Shown here in pieces: positions 57,711 through 64,000 of a stretch of DNA of 64,000 nucleotides. Both the position numbers and the translations under genes were made by a program. The DNA comes from Setoptus koraiensis (taxonomy: Eukaryota; Animalia; Arthropoda). Numbering within the stretch: the stretch's first letter is position 1; each line of letters starts with the position of its first letter. The notes under the pieces were generated by a model. It did not search any database and was not told where the DNA came from. It was given only the letters and a program-made list of their open reading frames with translations. The DNA lies in NCBI GenBank assembly GCA_048013815.1, contig CM106586.1:14508001-14572000 (forward strand). Reading direction: 5' to 3'.

Positions 57711-60700
57711 ATGCTCGCATTTGCCATAAGCGCAAATCAAGGTGATGGGCCAATCACTACTAGTGCACCTCTCACAACAGCGCCATCGACAACCTCCACG
57801 ATGATGCCCACCACAACAATTTATTCTCAAGAAACATCTAGTAGTACAATGTTAAATAATCAACAAGAGCAACTAGATTTCAGGACAGTTTCAACCACTA
57901 CCGCTGCCGCTACTACCTCAGCGTTATTTTCAACATCAACCAACGAAGCCCTCCCGACAACTGCTGGTCTAACTTCAACTCAGGCTACAACATCGACAAC
58001 AACAAATGCGGCCTCGACAATCCACCCGCCTCATCACCCAAATCCCATGAATGTGTACAATGTGCCACCGGCGAAATTTCAACCAGATAGATTAGCTACA
58101 CTAGATCTTATTATAATAGTGGTCTACCTTTGTTTGCTTATATCTACTTCCATAAGCGTAAGTATGATTCCAGTTATCTTGATATTATTTGTACTATATG
58201 TTATGCTGCATTTTTTGTATTATTATTACTTTTCCTTGGGCTCGAATTTGTGCGCGTGCGATATAGCGAACAGAGAGATAAATAAGATTTATATCTCAAT
58301 CAATCATCTAGAGGATACAACTGTGATATGCGTGTCTCACCTATATGATGTAACACATCAAAGAGGACGCCAAAACATTGAATGAGAGATGCATCTCATT
58401 CTTTTGATGTCGTAACCTTTGCCTCGAATGAGATGGATTCACCATGGCGGTGCTTATTTCCGTTGCATCGTTTGATCAGTTTACGTATCACAGTGGTATT
58501 GTCGTTGTGCTCAACCCGATCACTTTTGTGCGTTCCATGACAAAAACAGCAGCTCCAAACCACATTAATTCAAGAGATACGCTTAGCACTGAATTCTGTT
58601 CGCTGCCTTCGAAATGAACAATTTCATTTCTCATTACTGAAGCGCGTCTTCAGTTCAAAGATCAATTTGAGCTAAAGTTGGGTGCACTTAGAATTTCTTG
58701 TTTTCTTTGTCTTCTGTCCCTGTCACAAAGTGCTAAGCCAAAACATATCCGACAAGTGTTAAGACAGATTCACGACAAGTAATGCTCAACACATAACCAC
58801 GAGGTACTCTGATAGTAGCCACGGACGGCGTAAGTTATTCCTTCCCATTAAGCGTATGCTCCAAACAATGAGTAGATATTATAGCCAACGTGGGGTGTTT
58901 GGATTACTACTTCGCAAATTTGGAAGAAGTGGTGTTTAGCTCAGTATAAATCTAATCTAATATAGATGCGACAGAAGCACGACGATCATTATAGAAACAT
59001 TGGAAGAAGTTTTTGTTTTCCATTTTTTTTTTGCTCAGCAAGACTTAATCTTATGTGACTTACCATAAGTAACGTGTAGTTTAATGCTTTGCGTTTAGTA
59101 ACGACATTTGATGCGGACAAAAATGCCTCTTACGAGCAAACTTAGTTTCATCTTAAATGCAATCATGAACGGACTGACTTCACATGAATAATGCCGAGCT
59201 GAAATAGTAATGCGATTAATCAACCAAAGTGAAATTTTCTTTTATATTTGTCCCTCTTTTGATCGCGTCTTATGAAATCATCGATTGATAGCACTACTTT
59301 CGGCTTCGGATTACCTAATCTACAAATGTTTGAAGATAGTATAGATTATCAGATGTGTTAGTAAATTCGGAGGCGCAATTTTTACGACTTTTGTCTCTGT
59401 TTCTCTATAAAATGGTTCCATGATGAGTCCATTATTATCGCCATATGTGCACGATGATGTCCGAGTGGCTCATGAGACTTTCAATGATGGATTTCATAGA
59501 GAAATGTATTGTAATTTGAGTCTTAGTACAGTCTGATTCTTTCTATGCAATGCACAACTCATAGATTGGGAATAATTAGTAGTACAACTTGATGATAATT
59601 GCCACCTTTGGTCTCTACTCAAATTACTAATCTTTATCAATTGTGTTAGTTCAACGACCTGCCATCAGTATTTTTTGTTAATCACATAACGTTTATCCCT
59701 TTCCTTCTTTTGCACCTAATTACGTAAAAATAGACAATGCTCAGAAGAAAGAAAAAGCCCGGTACAAAGTCTCTAGACAGCCACATATTGGCTGGAAGAA
59801 AGATGAACTGGTTCACAGTGGGAGCATCAATCTTCGCCAGCAACATGGGTAGCGAACATTTCATAGGTCTTTCAGGCAGTGCAGCAGCTTCCGGTAGGTT
59901 TACTAAGGCGATCTTCCACAAGGAATTGCTCAGATGATGTGCTTATGCCAGAGTCATAGTAAAATTATTTTCATCCGAAAAATATATTTTAAATTTCATC
60001 TTGTCATGTAGGGATCGCTGTTGGCGCGTTTGAAATAAATGCACTACTTATCCTACAATTGGCAACATGGATATTTCTACCTGTGTTGATTGTAAGCAAA
60101 ATTTGCACTCTTCCGGAATACATGTCAAAACGGTTTGGTGGTAGAAGGATTCGAACCTACCTTGCAATCCTATCGATAATGCTATACATATTCACCAAAA
60201 TATCCGTAAGTCATCAATTTCATCATCCTAGGTCTGTCGCTCTTGAGTTCCTCAGTTATAACATTCGAGCATTTTTCTTGAATTGTTCACTTCCTTTATA
60301 TATTTAGGTGAATCTTTACTCTGGGGGCATCTTCATCCAGCAAGCATTAGGGTGGAATCTTTATACTAGCGCCATTGTTATATTATTGATTACTTCTGTG
60401 ATGACAGTAACTGGAGGCCTTAAGGGCGCCATGTATGTTGATACTCTGCAATGTTTAGTGATGACAATAGGAGCAAGTATTGTAGCCACAAAGGCATTTA
60501 TGGTAATTGGTGGTTGGCAGGGCCTGAGACACAAATATTCTCTGGCAGTTCCAGTAAAAGTGCCAGCCAATCTTACTCACTGTGCTCAACCAAATGTGCA
60601 TGCCTTCCAAATGCTTCGAGACTGGGACGATCCGGACATGGTAAGTATGGCGATAATACTACGACTGTAAAAATTCAAAAGTCTATGAGGATTCCTACAG

Positions 60701-62794
60701 AACAATTCCTATCTACTCTATTGATCCGGAATTCTTAATTCGACACTTTCAACACACCAGCCTTGGATAGGTTTCATTCTTGGTCAGACACCCGCCTCAA
60801 TCTGGTACTGGGCCGCCGATCAGATGATGGTACAACGTTTTCTATCAGCAAGATCGCTTGCTCATGTTCAGGGTTCGTCGGTATTTGCTGGATATTTGAA
60901 AATACTCCCTTTGTTTTTCATCATTATACCGGGTATGATTAGTAGATGCCTTTACACAGATGAGGTTGGATGTGTGGACCCTGTAGGTGAGTTATCTGCT
61001 ATAACTATTCATTCAGAACTGCCTCATTCTGAAGAATGAATCGATTAGATCTGAACCCTTCCCTCGGATAACCATATTAACCTACTTTTCATCTAATCGA
61101 ATCAAACTGTGACAATTAGAATGCCATAACTATTGTCAGAGCACCGTTAGCTGTTCGAACACTGCATATCCACGTCTGGTACTTGAACTGATGCCAGTGG
61201 GAGCTCGAGGTATGATGGTGGCATCAATGGTGGCTGCTTTGATGGGGGTAAGTTAACTAAGCACAAAATTATAACATTAAAAATTATATATACTGATCAT
61301 CAATTTATACTGATGCAATAACTCATAATCCAAAACGCAACACTTCATATGAATCTTCTCACATCCAAGGATCTTGTGAATGTATTCAATAGCGCAAGCG
61401 CCTTATTCTCATGTGATATTTGGCCATTGGTGAGAAGGAAATCAACAGAGAAAGAATTGCTTGTTGTCGGTAGAATATTCGTACTTGTGCTAGTTTTGGC
61501 CAGCATATTATGGATTCCCGTAATACAAGAGATGCAAGGTGGACAGCTTTTCATCTATATCCAAGCAATCGCTGCTTTGTTTGCCCCACCGATAGCCGCA
61601 GTCTATATATGTGCCGTATTGTGCAAACGAACGAATGAGTGTGGTGCTTTTTGGTCACTGATGATAGGTTTCTCTTTGGGAGCCACAAGAATGGCACTTT
61701 CTTTCTTGTATAGAGAACCATCATGTGGTCAGTTTGAGGATGAACGACCGTGGATATTGAAGCATGTTCATTATATGTATTTTGCAGCATTCTTGTTTTG
61801 GATATCAATATCGTCAACGTTGATCATAAGCTATCTGACAAAGCCACCAAATCCATTCCGGCTAATTCGAACAACTTACTGGACTAGGTTTGACACACAC
61901 ATTCGCAAAGATGACAAGAATGTCTTTGAGATGAAATATAATGGGGCGACATCGATGCCGACTGATGGCTCGGACAAGGCTATGATAAATGGGTCAAGTA
62001 GCGGGCTGAGAAGTTCCGATGAGAGTGCCGCTGATCTTGAATCTTATGGTGCAGCAAGTAAAACTTCGCAGCAACGGCTATTCACCATTGACGGTAAATA
62101 ACAACATTCACCATGAAATCTTGTATTCTATGACTGTGTAGTACTTGAGAGTTGACGTCTGATAATTTTGTCTTCATTTCTGTTCACAGAGGACCGAAAC
62201 GATGATGGCCAGTATGGTGGAATAGACAATCAAATGATGAACGACTCGTCATTGATTGACGGGAAGTGCGATATTCCTGATAAGAACGGTCAGCAGCATC
62301 AACACGCCAAAGGAAAAGATGTGTCCAAGAGCAAGAGGCAGTACAGACTGCCCCCAAGTGTACATCCAACAGCTTCGTCGAGCGGTGCATCGGCTGGCAA
62401 GTTTATCGCTAGCACATTTGGTGTGGCCACTGGTCAAGTGGGCGCCAAATTGGGTGCAGTGCGTGCAGCAGCAAATCATTTCAATCAGAATAAAATAAAG
62501 TTCCAGAATTTGCCTGACGACGGAAGTGAGGTTGGCGACCAGGATCAAGATGACGACGACGAGGAGGACGAGCGGGCCCAATTGGACGACAATCTAGACG
62601 GAGCCACCGATGGGGGTACCTACAAATGTCTGGACAATAGTGTGGCGTTGTTGATTAAGACTCGCTACGAGGAACTGATGCTACGTATCGCTTTGTTTGC
62701 TGTTATATTGGTGGCCGTGGGCATATTTATATTGTTTTCGATACCGCCGGCGCCCCTTCCTAAGGAGCTGATTGACATACTGAAGCAGAGTTGA
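57711..62794 (+). CDS. SLC5A3: Sodium:solute symporter SLC5 family, SMIT1/SLC5A3-like, about 938 aa; 8 exons (57711-58157, 59734-59893, 60012-60205, 60308-60640, 60761-60986, 61120-61247, 61370-62093, 62190-62794)
   Basis: [72 protein letters not shown] and HYMYFAA. All seven GT-AG introns join in phase (total 2817 nt). Confidence 0.9.
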
Positions 62795-63306
62795 GTTGTG
62801 TGTCGGTGCGCGAATGATTGCGTAACGGCCGATGTTGATAACGGACATGAGTGGTGTGCGACGTGTTTAAAAAGTTTGTAAAAAGTAGTGGCAATAATAG
62901 TAGTGGTTTGCATATCTGTAATGAGGCTCTGTTTTGTGTCACGGTGAATCCTTTCCTAGATCTGGGGCTCGCATCAATAACAATAATGATAATATAAATA
63001 ATAAACGTTTGCTCTCTGCATTAACACATTGGCGTGATATCAAACTGTAATTGATCGATACGCGGATAATACCAAACTGTGTCGTGATGCCGGGTCGTCG
63101 TTTTTGGCCAGTGCCTGCGAATTGAATCCGATTTGAATTTCGAATGCGCCCAGTCGAATTGTGGTGGTTCGCCGGGGGCGGCGACAATAATGAGGATTAC
63201 ACACAATAGGATGTAATGATGAGATGCAATAACAAAGCGTCGATATAATAATAATCGATGTAGTGATCGACCGTTGGGAAGGCGCTACAGCAAACTGTAG
63301 AACTTG

Positions 63307-63382
63307 GCTGGCGAAAAGGTTCAATCTGCGATCCGTTGTTTGCTGGCGAAAAAGTTCGATCTGCGATGCGTTGTTTGCTGGC
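63307..63382. repeat. 35-bp tandem duplication
   Basis: gctggcgaaaaggttcaatctgcgatccgttgttt followed by gctggcgaaaaagttcgatctgcgatgcgttgttt. Confidence 0.8.
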
Positions 63383-63915
63383 TTTGTGGTGCACAAAGCG
63401 AGCGAACTTTTTCACCGCCTTGCCGTTACACAGTTAGACGGGTCACACTCTCAGGCCACATGACGACCAATTTACCGTTTTTCGCATGCTGCCTGCACAG
63501 CCTGTTGCCGTTGTGCCGTAACAGGCAACGCAAAGGCAACCAACCGCCAAGCAGCCAGTCTGTGTGTCCGTACCAATGCACTACTGATTGCAGCGCTGTA
63601 GCACATAATAACAGTACATAATGTATCATAATGATAGTGCACTGCACACACTGCTGCGCAAGCTGTGCGATACACACACCTATTGTTGCAGTGTCGTTTG
63701 TCTTGCCTGGTCTTGCAAGAATTGCAAGAGAATTGTGCGCTCATTAATGGTGATGACTTTTTTTCAGCGCACACACTCTCCTGTGTTTCGCAAGCGAAAA
63801 TGTTGTTGCCCAAGCCAAAAGTGTCCAACGTAAATATTCAACTCGGCGTAAGCCAACCACTTCAATTCCCCCTGCATGCTGCTCAACATGCAACAATAAA
63901 CTTGTCCTCGCTCAC

Positions 63916-63917
<2 letters not shown>

Positions 63918-63961
<44 letters not shown>
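63918..63961. repeat. (CA)n microsatellite
   Basis: Visible directly in the sequence. Confidence 0.95.
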
Positions 63962-63963
<2 letters not shown>

Positions 63964-64000
63964 ACAATAAGTTATTGTCAATAAGTACACCATACTTCAG

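Noticed and set aside
60140-60160. tRNA T-loop-like GGTTCGAATCC on the minus strand
   Set aside because: Lies inside an SLC5 coding exon and has no cloverleaf context.

Overview
Eukaryotic (animal) genomic DNA. The inferred source is a compact, intron-poor arthropod genome, most likely a mite and possibly eriophyoid-like; this rests on single-exon housekeeping genes and short GT-AG introns. About 1-9 kb, 53-57.6 kb and 62.8-64 kb hold no recognisable genes and are rich in microsatellites and hairpins. The core (about 9.7-53 kb) is gene dense. It holds DDI1, CDC16, an SLC17 transporter, DENND1, GMPPA, a CEP83-like coiled-coil protein, an LCAD-type acyl-CoA dehydrogenase, two RING proteins, several orphan secreted or membrane proteins and a 500-N assembly gap. 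An 8-exon SLC5A3-like transporter lies at 57.7-62.8 kb. The most unusual feature is one reading frame that joins an SNRK-type kinase (with UBA-like region) to a C1 + RhoGAP module of the ARHGAP29/45/GMIP type. Other notable items are a RING + chromodomain-like protein, a cluster of orphan secreted proteins, a degenerate TRMT9B-like methyltransferase, disrupted DCAF8-like and NDUFB8-like genes, three copies of a Helentron-type non-autonomous element (HINE) near housekeeping gene starts, and several near-perfect hairpins. Family assignments come from motifs I recall; no database search was run.
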